From a candidate division WOR-3 bacterium (GTDB taxonomy: Bacteria > Hydrothermota > Tepidihabitantia > Tepidihabitantales > DTDR01), in the NCBI GenBank assembly GCA_039801885.1, contig JBDRVN010000017.1, positions 1 through 29,413 on the forward strand: a DNA stretch of 29,413 bases. Reading direction: 5' to 3'. The position numbers were made by a program, and so were the translations under genes. This document shows positions 8,341 to 17,167 of this stretch, in pieces. How positions within the stretch are numbered: position 1 is the first letter of the stretch; each line of letters opens with the position of its first letter. A model generated the notes under the pieces. It was given only the letters and a program-made list of their open reading frames with translations, ran no database searches and was not told the origin of the DNA.

Positions 8341-11082
8341 ATGCGAAACCTATTAAAAATTATTTTTATCCTGGCGGTATTTTTTTCTTATACCGCCTAT
8401 GCTGGTGAGACAGGAAAAATTGCTGGCCGAATAATTGATGCTAATACTAAAGAGCCGCTTGTTGGTGTTAATGTTATTGTTGAAGGAACCGAGTTGGGAG
8501 CAGCAACCGATGCTACTGGACATTATTTGATTATTAATGTTCCAGTCGGTACTTACGATATTACTGCTTCTTATGTTGGTTATGAACCGGTAAGAGTTAA
8601 AGGTGTGAAAGTTATTGTTGACCAAACGACTTATATTGATTTTCAATTGAAACCGACAGTGATTGAAATTGAAAAGCCGGTAGAAGTTACCGCGGAAAGA
8701 CCGATGGTTATTAAAACTGCTGTCCAGACGACAAGAGTTGCTGGTGAGGAAGAATTAAAGAAATTGCCCTTGACGGTAGTAACTCAATTAGTAAACCTTC
8801 AAGCAGGTGTTGTTACCCATGGTGGGTTTGCTCATGTTCGGGGTGGTAGATATGATGAGGTTTTGACATTAGTTGATGGAATTTCGGCAGTTGATCCATT
8901 TTATCAAATCGCTTATCACCGACCTCCTTCCGCAGCCGTTTCAGAAGTGTCGATTATTACCGGTGGATTTGATGCCGAATATGGCGAAGCAATGTCTGGT
9001 GTTGTTCAGATTATTAAAAAAGAAGGTGGAGAAAGGCATTCGGGAGTTTTAAGATACACCTCTGATGATTTTTTGCCTGCCAAAGCATTGGATTTTGGTT
9101 ATAATTTTTATCAATTCTCTTTAAGTGGTCCTTTGTTTACTAAGAAATTACGTTATGCTGTATCTGGTGAATTGATGCATACCGAAGATGCCAGTCCCAC
9201 AAAATATAAACTTCAAAAACCAAGGGATGAATATACCGGAGATATCAAATTAACTTATAAATTACCAAAATCCAAATTCTCACTTTCTTATTATACTGCT
9301 TGTTATCAATGGCAAGCGTGGGCAAATAGTTGGAAATACTGGCTTGATCATTATGCGGCAATTAGAAGTTTTGGTGACCAACTCGCTTTTAATTTCAATA
9401 CAATGGTGAAAGATAATATGATTTTAGACTTAAAAGCCGGTTATCACTATTATGACCGATTACAAACCGTAAGGGATAAAGAATATCAAAAAGAAGATAA
9501 ATCCCATATTTTAGAAAAACTTGGTCTATGGGATTTATATCGCTTCAAATCCGAAGACTATGTATTTAGAAATCCGGAAGGTCTCTCACCCGAGAGTGCT
9601 GTTTTTAAACTCTGGAAAGATAAAGATGCGAAGTGGACTGAATATAATGTTTCTGATAACAATCCTTGGGGAGTAGGATTATTTTACTGTTATGGTGACT
9701 ATCGGCTCTGGCATTATCGTCAGTCAAAAACCTATGATTTTAAAGGAGATTTCACATATGTTTATAAGAAAATTCACGAGATAAAAACCGGCTTTGAAGC
9801 AAAATTATATTCCTTATGGTTATTAGAAAACTCCTTACCTTGGTCATCTAATCCTTTCTGGGATGCTTATAAGAAAAATCCTTATTCTCTTGCTTATTAT
9901 CTTCAAGACCGAGCCGATTTTGGTGATTTAGTAGTTAGGGCTGGCTTGCGATTTGATATGTTAAATCCAAAATCAAGATACCGTAAATATGGCGAAGGTG
10001 GAACAAATGTGTTGGATACAACAACTACGGAGGCAAAACCAAAGTATAAAATTTCACCAAGGTTAGGAATTAGTTTCCCTGTTACCGAAAGAATGAAGTT
10101 CAGGTTTTCTTACGGTCATTTCTTCCAGTCACCAACATTTACCAATTTATACGAAAGTCTTTTTGCTGATATTATTCAAAGAGGAAATATTATTGTCGGC
10201 AACCCTGATTTAGATGCCCAAAGAACAATTGCTTACGAAAGTGGTTTAGAATGGCAGATGAGTGATTTCTGGGGTGCCGATCTAACTCTCTTCTATAAAG
10301 ATATTTACGACTTGGTTGGTACCAGGCCAGTTCCTGCTTTACCAATGGGTTATACAATTATTACTAATGTGGAATATGGAAGGGTTTTTGGTTTTGAGGT
10401 TGGTTTACAAAAGAGGCTTTCTAATTATTGGAGCGGAAAACTTGCTTATACCTTCCAGATTGCTAAAGGAACTGCAGCCGAAGCTTGGCAATGGTATACC
10501 TTTAATTATCAAGGTATTCCTTTTACCCAAATTGATTATTACTTAGATTATGACCAAAGACATGTGGTCAATTTAGATTTAGGACTTTCCTTCCCCAGCG
10601 ATTTTGTTTTCATTCCTTTAAGAGATTTTGATATTGGTGCGATTTTTAATTTTGGCAGTGGTTTCCCATATACGCCAACGGATATTAGAGGCACAAGAAT
10701 TGGTGATTTGAATTCGGCAAGAATGCCCGCTACTTGGAATATTGATGCCCGACTATCAAAGGATATTAAGATTGGCGGTCTAAATTTGTCGCTTTTCTGT
10801 GATATTTTGAATGTTACTAATCGTTTAAATGTAACAAGTGTGTATTCGGCAACTGGTGCGCCTGACTGGGACGGACAAGTATTTACTGTGGGTCAATTTA
10901 GTTATGGTCAAATTCCAGGTGATGCTGGTTATCATCCGGCAAGAGATTATAACCACGATGGTTGGATTTCCCAAGAAGAAAGATATGATTCTTATATGAA
11001 AGCAAGAGAGGATTACATAAATAATCCAGGAAATTTTGGCTCACCAAGAAGAGTAAGAATTGGAATTGGTTTTGGGTTTTAA
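8341..11082 (+). CDS. TonB-dependent receptor with N-terminal carboxypeptidase-regulatory-like domain
   Basis: Start moved from 8299 to ATG 8341 (AAGGAGG 8328-8334, then signal peptide). GKIAGRIIDANTKEPLVGVNV prealbumin-like domain; TonB-box-like VEVTAER; plug motifs VRGGR..E...VDG and GGFDAEYG..MSGVV; ISPRLGISFP; GNPDL; terminal RIGIGFGF. Confidence 0.93.
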   Translation: MRNLLKIIFILAVFFSYTAYAGETGKIAGRIIDANTKEPLVGVNVIVEGTELGAATDATGHYLIINVPVGTYDITASYVGYEPVRVKGVKVIVDQTTYIDFQLKPTVIEIEKPVEVTAERPMVIKTAVQTTRVAGEEELKKLPLTVVTQLVNLQAGVVTHGGFAHVRGGRYDEVLTLVDGISAVDPFYQIAYHRPPSAAVSEVSIITGGFDAEYGEAMSGVVQIIKKEGGERHSGVLRYTSDDFLPAKALDFGYNFYQFSLSGPLFTKKLRYAVSGELMHTEDASPTKYKLQKPRDEYTGDIKLTYKLPKSKFSLSYYTACYQWQAWANSWKYWLDHYAAIRSFGDQLAFNFNTMVKDNMILDLKAGYHYYDRLQTVRDKEYQKEDKSHILEKLGLWDLYRFKSEDYVFRNPEGLSPESAVFKLWKDKDAKWTEYNVSDNNPWGVGLFYCYGDYRLWHYRQSKTYDFKGDFTYVYKKIHEIKTGFEAKLYSLWLLENSLPWSSNPFWDAYKKNPYSLAYYLQDRADFGDLVVRAGLRFDMLNPKSRYRKYGEGGTNVLDTTTTEAKPKYKISPRLGISFPVTERMKFRFSYGHFFQSPTFTNLYESLFADIIQRGNIIVGNPDLDAQRTIAYESGLEWQMSDFWGADLTLFYKDIYDLVGTRPVPALPMGYTIITNVEYGRVFGFEVGLQKRLSNYWSGKLAYTFQIAKGTAAEAWQWYTFNYQGIPFTQIDYYLDYDQRHVVNLDLGLSFPSDFVFIPLRDFDIGAIFNFGSGFPYTPTDIRGTRIGDLNSARMPATWNIDARLSKDIKIGGLNLSLFCDILNVTNRLNVTSVYSATGAPDWDGQVFTVGQFSYGQIPGDAGYHPARDYNHDGWISQEERYDSYMKAREDYINNPGNFGSPRRVRIGIGFGF

Positions 11083-11094
11083 AAGGAGGAATTT

Positions 11095-14028
11095 ATGTTT
11101 AAGAAATTATTGATTATTTTATCCTTATTTTCTATCGTACTTATCTTTGCTAAAACAGTTACTCCTACTACTGGGAAAAAGGTTTTTGTTCAAAAATGGA
11201 TTGAATATAATCGTTGGCGATATCCAATTCATAACGACGGAAGATTCGGTTATGATGCAACAACCGGAACTGGAGAAGCAGGTGGCTCTTGGCCAAGACC
11301 TTTAAAAAATTTCTATATCTTTGGCGCCGGAGTTTGGATCGGAGCAATTTCTCCTCAAGGAGAGACATTGGTTTCTTGTGGATATGACCCAAATTCGGGT
11401 TCAAGTGAATTGTGGCCGGAAATTTATTCGCGATATACTGGAACGCCTGCTGACGCAGAGGATACTATCTATTATTTCCCTGATAAATGGCCGCCACCAA
11501 AAGATAAGTTTCCAATGGCACCACAAGACACAGTTTCGGGAATGGATGTTTGGTGTTGTTTTTCTGATGCCCATGCTCCCCAACACAAACCTGGTGATAC
11601 AAAGCCAATAGGTGTAGATGTTTACTTAACCGGATATCATTGGAATTTACCATCCAACAGAGATATCTTCTTTCTCAAATATAATGTAAAAAATGTCTCC
11701 GGTGATACCTTGAAAAATATGTATATTGGTGTGGTTTTGGATGCCGATGTTGGTGCTTATAGTGATGATATGATGGCAATGGTTTATGACGAAGCGACAA
11801 GAAGACCAAGAAAATATGTTTACAATAGAACAAGAACCGATTCAATATTTATTGATAATCTTGCTTGGATTTATGATTCAGATAATCGAGAAAATCCCAG
11901 CACAAAATGGGAAAGGGGAGTGCCGGGAGCAGTTGCCTATGACTTTTTACAAAGTCCTTATGCCTTATGGGATGGTATTGATAACGATGGAGATGGGTTG
12001 ATTGATTTCCAAGAAGTTGATAGTGAGTATATTTGGGGTCTTCCAGATACCACATTAAGAGACAGCGACGAAGATGGAATTCCTGCTTGGAGAGATTTTT
12101 CTGAGATAGAACAATTAGGAATGACCAGTTGTAAAAGATGGCCTATTGAAAACGACCCAAGAACCGATGTGGAAAAATATTTAGTTCTTGCTGGCTATGA
12201 CCATACTACAAGAGAATATAAACCTTATGATTATATTGATGAAACACCAGCAGATAAAAGATTTCTTCAATCAAGTGGTCCTTTTACTTTGCCACCGGAT
12301 TCTATCGCCACTTTGGTTGTTGCAGTAATTGCGGCAAAATATGGTGAAGAAGGTCAACCTTATAATCAAAGGGATACTTGGGATTTAGCAAGAACAAGTG
12401 CCGAAGCACAAAGATGTTATGATAAAAACTGGTTATTACCTGGTCCACCATTTCCACCTGTTGTAACTACTATGCCCCAGGATAACCGAGTAATTTTATC
12501 TTGGGATAATCGAATGGAAAAAATTTCTGACCCTTATTATAAAATTGCCCAAAGGAGCGGCGATACTACCTATCGGGAGTATGATTTTGAAGGTTATAAG
12601 GTTTATAAATCTCTTGATGGAGTTGAATGGGAGTTGAAAGCGATTTGTGATTTGAAGAATGGAATTAATTACGCAGATACTTTTAGGACTATCAAAATAA
12701 TCGGTCGTGATACTACTTATCAAGAAAGCATTTTTGTCTGGGCGAATGATAAAGGAACTTTCTATTACTATATTGATGATAGTGTGATTAATGGTCAAAC
12801 CTACTATTATGCAGTCACTTCCTTTGATTATAACAAACTCCGCGGCGAAATTTTGGTATTGGAAACCGGAATTCAAGCAGTGGAAGTAACACCAAGAAGG
12901 GAAGCAGCGAATTATAAGAAACCAACTTCTGATATAAAAATGCTTATCGGCGACAGTATTAATAATAAATTCAAATTTGATATTATCTTCAGTGCTCCTT
13001 ATTTAGTGAAAAATAAAGAATATCTTTTAACTTTCCTTGACCCAATATGCGATTCAGCGAAGAAACAACCAATTTATCAGGCAATAATTACTGATCCGAG
13101 TTATGCGGAAACAATAATCTCTTATCAATTACCTTATACCTTAGGTAAAAATGAAAAATTCTATTTCCCAACCTTTGACGGAACGAATCTTACATTTACA
13201 ATGAAATTAGATACAGCAAAAATTGAACCTTTTGTTTCCTTTGAAATTAAAAATGTTAATGGAAGTTATTCTGCGGAATCTTTAAGAGCTAAAGAATGTC
13301 CGGAGGCTGCTTGGGCATTTCGTGGTTCTGATTACCGACTTGTTTGGGGAAGAAAACCAGAAGGCGGTTTGACATTAGAAGAGGTTTATGATTTAAATAA
13401 TGGAATAAGGGTAGAATATAATCCAAAATTTAATCAAAATACCTATTACAATTATGGTAATTGCTGGGCGTTTCAAATTGGAAGAACTTCACTGCCATCG
13501 GATACTTTGAGGAATAATGAGATATTTATCTATTTACCTGGTGGATATGTCCAAATTAGAAAAGGTGGGGCAATAAATCCGCAAATTAAACAAATGATTC
13601 AACCTGGTGATACTTGGTATATCTATTCTAATAAAACTTATGGAACAGCACCTTCTTATAATAAATTTAAAATAACTACAACAGAAATGGAATTCACTGA
13701 TATGGCTGGTCAAAAATTAAATGTGAAAGTTGTTCCTAATCCTTATATTATTACTAATAGCTGGGAGAAAACAACATTGGCAAGAAGATTACAGTTTGTG
13801 AATTTACCTGATGAATGTACTATTAGGATTTTCAATCTCGCTGGTGATTTGGTGAAGATAATTGAACATAAATCATCAGAAAAAGAAACAAGAAATAATA
13901 AATTTGGTGGTACTGCCGAATGGAATTTACTGAATGAGCACGAACAGAAGGTTTCTAGCGGCGTGTATATTTTCCATGTGGATTCTAAGTATGGTAAACA
14001 AATTGGTAAATTTGCTATTATAATGTAA
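11095..14028 (+). CDS. Large exported protein with EF-hand-like loop, FN3-like domain and T9SS-like C-terminal sorting domain
   Basis: Signal peptide; DNDGDGLIDFQE; FN3-like VILSWD...FEGYKVYKS...YYYAVTSFD; C-terminal VVPNPY...FVNLP..CTIRIFNLAGDLVK...WNL...VSSGVYIFHV...GKFAIIM; SD 11083-11089. Confidence 0.82.
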   Translation: MFKKLLIILSLFSIVLIFAKTVTPTTGKKVFVQKWIEYNRWRYPIHNDGRFGYDATTGTGEAGGSWPRPLKNFYIFGAGVWIGAISPQGETLVSCGYDPNSGSSELWPEIYSRYTGTPADAEDTIYYFPDKWPPPKDKFPMAPQDTVSGMDVWCCFSDAHAPQHKPGDTKPIGVDVYLTGYHWNLPSNRDIFFLKYNVKNVSGDTLKNMYIGVVLDADVGAYSDDMMAMVYDEATRRPRKYVYNRTRTDSIFIDNLAWIYDSDNRENPSTKWERGVPGAVAYDFLQSPYALWDGIDNDGDGLIDFQEVDSEYIWGLPDTTLRDSDEDGIPAWRDFSEIEQLGMTSCKRWPIENDPRTDVEKYLVLAGYDHTTREYKPYDYIDETPADKRFLQSSGPFTLPPDSIATLVVAVIAAKYGEEGQPYNQRDTWDLARTSAEAQRCYDKNWLLPGPPFPPVVTTMPQDNRVILSWDNRMEKISDPYYKIAQRSGDTTYREYDFEGYKVYKSLDGVEWELKAICDLKNGINYADTFRTIKIIGRDTTYQESIFVWANDKGTFYYYIDDSVINGQTYYYAVTSFDYNKLRGEILVLETGIQAVEVTPRREAANYKKPTSDIKMLIGDSINNKFKFDIIFSAPYLVKNKEYLLTFLDPICDSAKKQPIYQAIITDPSYAETIISYQLPYTLGKNEKFYFPTFDGTNLTFTMKLDTAKIEPFVSFEIKNVNGSYSAESLRAKECPEAAWAFRGSDYRLVWGRKPEGGLTLEEVYDLNNGIRVEYNPKFNQNTYYNYGNCWAFQIGRTSLPSDTLRNNEIFIYLPGGYVQIRKGGAINPQIKQMIQPGDTWYIYSNKTYGTAPSYNKFKITTTEMEFTDMAGQKLNVKVVPNPYIITNSWEKTTLARRLQFVNLPDECTIRIFNLAGDLVKIIEHKSSEKETRNNKFGGTAEWNLLNEHEQKVSSGVYIFHVDSKYGKQIGKFAIIM

Positions 14029-14038
14029 GGAGGATAAG

Positions 14039-15067
14039 ATGAGAACTAAATTATTAACATTAGTTTTGATTATAACCGTTGCTTTTGGTGCTTTTGACAA
14101 AAGAGGGACAACCGGTGCTTCTTGGTTAAAGGTTGACGTTGGTCGGGCAAGCGGTATGGGTTCTTCTTTTGTTGCTCTTTCTGATGATGCCACTGCTACT
14201 TTTTACAATCCTGGTGGTTTAGCCCTTTTGACAAAAAGGGTAATTTTCTTTAATCATATTGATTGGATTGCTGACGTTTCCCACGAATATTTAAGTGCTG
14301 TTGTTCCGGCAGGTGTGGTTGGTAACTTTGGTTTTTCTGTGATTGCCTTGACAATGGGAAATATGTTAGAAACCAAAATTGATTCTTTATATACTTCTCA
14401 AAGAGAAGATGAAAGCACCGGTTTACGTTTTGGTGCTTCCGGAATAGCGGTTGGTGTTAGTTTCGCTCGTTATTTTACTGAAAAATTATCAATGGGCATT
14501 GGTGTAAAAGGGATTCAGGAGAGAATTTGGGATATGTCGGCAAGTACTTTTGCCTTTGATGTGGGATTCCATTTCAATACTGGTTTTCATAATTTAAGGA
14601 TTGGTGTTGCTATTAACAATTACGGTCCGGAAATTGCTTATACTGGTGGAAGACTACGAAGGATTGAGAAGGATGAGAAGACTGGAAAAGAGGTTCCAAT
14701 TTCTTATGTCTCAACACCTGTGCCAATTCCAACAACCTTTAGGTTTGGTATTGCTGCTGATTTAATTTCTAATGAAAATTCTCGCTTAACTTCTTGCTTT
14801 GATTTGGTTCATTATAATGATATCAACGAGACTTTTAATATCGGTTTGGAATACTTAATTTCTAAGATGTTTTCTGTAAGAGCCGGTTATATTCTAAATA
14901 CCGATAGTGAATATCGTGACCAAATTCATTGGATGACCGGACTCTCTGGTGGTTTGGGGATAAAAACCAGTTTGATGAACGGAATGGAATTTGAGATTGA
15001 TTATAGTTATCGTCATCATTACTATTTACTGGGTTCCCATCGGGTAAGTCTTAGTTTTGCCTTTTAA
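14039..15067 (+). CDS. PorV/PorQ (UPF0164, FadL-like) outer-membrane beta-barrel protein
   Basis: Signal peptide; GASWLKVDVGRASGMG...DATATFYNPGGL; PTTFRFG; GLEY; DYSY; HRVSLSFAF terminus; SD 14027-14033. Confidence 0.88.
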   Translation: MRTKLLTLVLIITVAFGAFDKRGTTGASWLKVDVGRASGMGSSFVALSDDATATFYNPGGLALLTKRVIFFNHIDWIADVSHEYLSAVVPAGVVGNFGFSVIALTMGNMLETKIDSLYTSQREDESTGLRFGASGIAVGVSFARYFTEKLSMGIGVKGIQERIWDMSASTFAFDVGFHFNTGFHNLRIGVAINNYGPEIAYTGGRLRRIEKDEKTGKEVPISYVSTPVPIPTTFRFGIAADLISNENSRLTSCFDLVHYNDINETFNIGLEYLISKMFSVRAGYILNTDSEYRDQIHWMTGLSGGLGIKTSLMNGMEFEIDYSYRHHYYLLGSHRVSLSFAF

Positions 15068-15090
15068 TAAATATTAAAAGGAAGGCTTTT

Positions 15091-15119
15091 GGGGGTTGAG
15101 CCAATCAACCCCCTTTTTT
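15091..15119 (+). terminator. Intrinsic terminator closing the envelope operon
   Basis: GGGGGTTGA-gccaa-TCAACCCCC perfect 9-bp stem followed by TTTTTT. Confidence 0.88.
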
Positions 15120-15124
15120 ATTTT

Positions 15125-17167
15125 ATGAAGAAACTATTTATACTTTTTACTTTTATAAATCTTCTTTTTGGGAAATCAAAATGGACAATTATTTTATATT
15201 TTGCTTGTGATAATGATTTATCCAATGCTGGTTACCAGGAAATTTTGAAATTGACCAATTTGGGATATAATAAGAAAGTAAAAACAATAATTTTAATAGA
15301 TAATGCCTTTTATGACACCTCACCTTTTCCAAAAATTTATGAGTTAAATAATGGAAATGTTGAGTTAAAAAGAAGATTACCAGAAGATAATATTGCCGAT
15401 GTAAACTTTTTTAGTGATTTTCTCAAATTTGTTAAGGAAAATTACGAAAGTGATAATTATTTTTTAATATTTTATAGCCACGGCAATGGTTGGTATCCGA
15501 GTTTAAGTCGGGCATTTTTGTATGATGAAACAAACCAAAGTTCTCTTTCGGTTGCTGGTGGCGGATTAAAAGAGTTTCTAAAAGAAGCAAAAGAAATATT
15601 TAATAAAAAGATAAGAATTCTTGGTTTTGATGTCTGTCTAATGGGGATGGTGGAAATCTGCTTTGAAATATTTAACTATTGTGATTATCTTTTTGCTTCA
15701 CCCAGTATCTTGCCAGTTTCTGCTTGGGATTATAAAAGTTTGATAAAGAAGATTGAAGAAGAACCAGAGATAAAAATAAAGGAACTTGCTCAATTTTGGT
15801 GTGAGAATAATTTAGAAAATATAAGGAATAGGGGAGAAGAAGGAATTTTTTCTGCTATTGATTTAAACAAATTAAGAAAGGAATATGAAAAGGCATTTTC
15901 TTTTCTGAAAGAAAAGAATAAAAATTCAATTTCTCAAATAAGAAATAAAATTCAAACCTATCCTTTTTTTGAAAGAGAAGATTCTTTGGCTTCCCATATT
16001 GATTTTTTCCATCTTTTGAAAGAATTAAATTTTGAAGGTGAAATATTTTCTTCAATAATCAGTATAAAAAAAACCAATTTTTATAAAAATGGTTACGGTT
16101 TAGCAATATTTTTCCCCTATCACTATCTTGGTTTTAAAAAATATATAAAGGAATACTCTTTATTAACCTTTCAAAAGGAAGTTAAATGGCTTGAATTTCT
16201 GAATGAGTATTATTCTTTAGACGATATAAGACCGGAAAGGATAAAAGAAATAAAGATAGAAAGAAAAAGAAACGATGTTTTTATAAATTTTTTAAAGCCT
16301 TTTGATTTATCAAAGATTAATTACCATTTATATCTCTTTACTCATTTTGATACAATCTTCTACGATTCTTGCGAAAATTTTAATCTCTGGGAGAATTACG
16401 GGTTTTCTCTTTCGGATAGATTTGCTAAAAAAGATAACGCTTTTTATTCGGGCGAAGGTCTTTTGTTAAATAATTATTTGATTACTAAAGAGAAGATAAA
16501 TTTAGAAGAGGGTGGTTTATTAATTTGTGATTTGCTTTATAATACCGAAGAGACTTATTTTAAAAGAATTAAAAGAGATATATTTTATTTAGAATATTCC
16601 TTTGATAAAATTAACTTCTATAAGTTAGATTCCTTTTATGGCAAAAGTGATTATTTTGAAGAAGTAAGGATTTTTTTACCAAAAGGAAATTATTATTTAA
16701 GGTTTCGCTATCAAACTGATTCTTCCATAACTAATTTAGGAGTTTTTATTGATGAGATAAAAATTATTGCCCTTAAAAATTTAAAAGAATATAAAGTTTT
16801 TAATGATACCAATTATTATTTTTATCATTTAAAGAAAGGGAAATATTATCTTTTTGTTATTCCGGTCGATGAATATGGTAATAAAGGATTTAGTAGTGAA
16901 TTTTATTCTTTTGAAATCTTGGATTATGCTTCTATTATTTCTTTGCCAAATCCCTTTCTAAATCAGAATAATTTTTTATTGGATATTCCGAAAAATTCTT
17001 CTTTTCTTTTAAAAATTTATGATTTAAAAGGTAGTTTAGTTTATCAGAGAAAAATAGCAGAAGAAAGAGTATTTTTAGAAGAAATAAAAAATTTAAGAAA
17101 AGGAATTTATCTACTTTTTATTAATGAAAAGGGTTTTAAAATAGGAGGGAAGGTAATTAAGATTTAA
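15125..17167 (+). CDS. Clostripain-family (C11) cysteine peptidase with T9SS-like C-terminal domain
   Basis: Start moved to ATG 15125 (MKKLFILF signal; the 15089 TTG frame reads through the terminator). WTIILYFACDNDL, catalytic His in SHGNGW, catalytic Cys in GFDVCLMG, GLAIFFP; C-terminal PNPF...KIYDLKGSLV...KGIYLL...KVIKI. Confidence 0.85.
   Translation: MKKLFILFTFINLLFGKSKWTIILYFACDNDLSNAGYQEILKLTNLGYNKKVKTIILIDNAFYDTSPFPKIYELNNGNVELKRRLPEDNIADVNFFSDFLKFVKENYESDNYFLIFYSHGNGWYPSLSRAFLYDETNQSSLSVAGGGLKEFLKEAKEIFNKKIRILGFDVCLMGMVEICFEIFNYCDYLFASPSILPVSAWDYKSLIKKIEEEPEIKIKELAQFWCENNLENIRNRGEEGIFSAIDLNKLRKEYEKAFSFLKEKNKNSISQIRNKIQTYPFFEREDSLASHIDFFHLLKELNFEGEIFSSIISIKKTNFYKNGYGLAIFFPYHYLGFKKYIKEYSLLTFQKEVKWLEFLNEYYSLDDIRPERIKEIKIERKRNDVFINFLKPFDLSKINYHLYLFTHFDTIFYDSCENFNLWENYGFSLSDRFAKKDNAFYSGEGLLLNNYLITKEKINLEEGGLLICDLLYNTEETYFKRIKRDIFYLEYSFDKINFYKLDSFYGKSDYFEEVRIFLPKGNYYLRFRYQTDSSITNLGVFIDEIKIIALKNLKEYKVFNDTNYYFYHLKKGKYYLFVIPVDEYGNKGFSSEFYSFEILDYASIISLPNPFLNQNNFLLDIPKNSSFLLKIYDLKGSLVYQRKIAEERVFLEEIKNLRKGIYLLFINEKGFKIGGKVIKI

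Noticed and set aside
15089-15124. TTG start of the C11 protease given in the ORF track
   Set aside because: It runs through the terminator hairpin; MKKLFILF at 15125 is the natural signal-peptide start.
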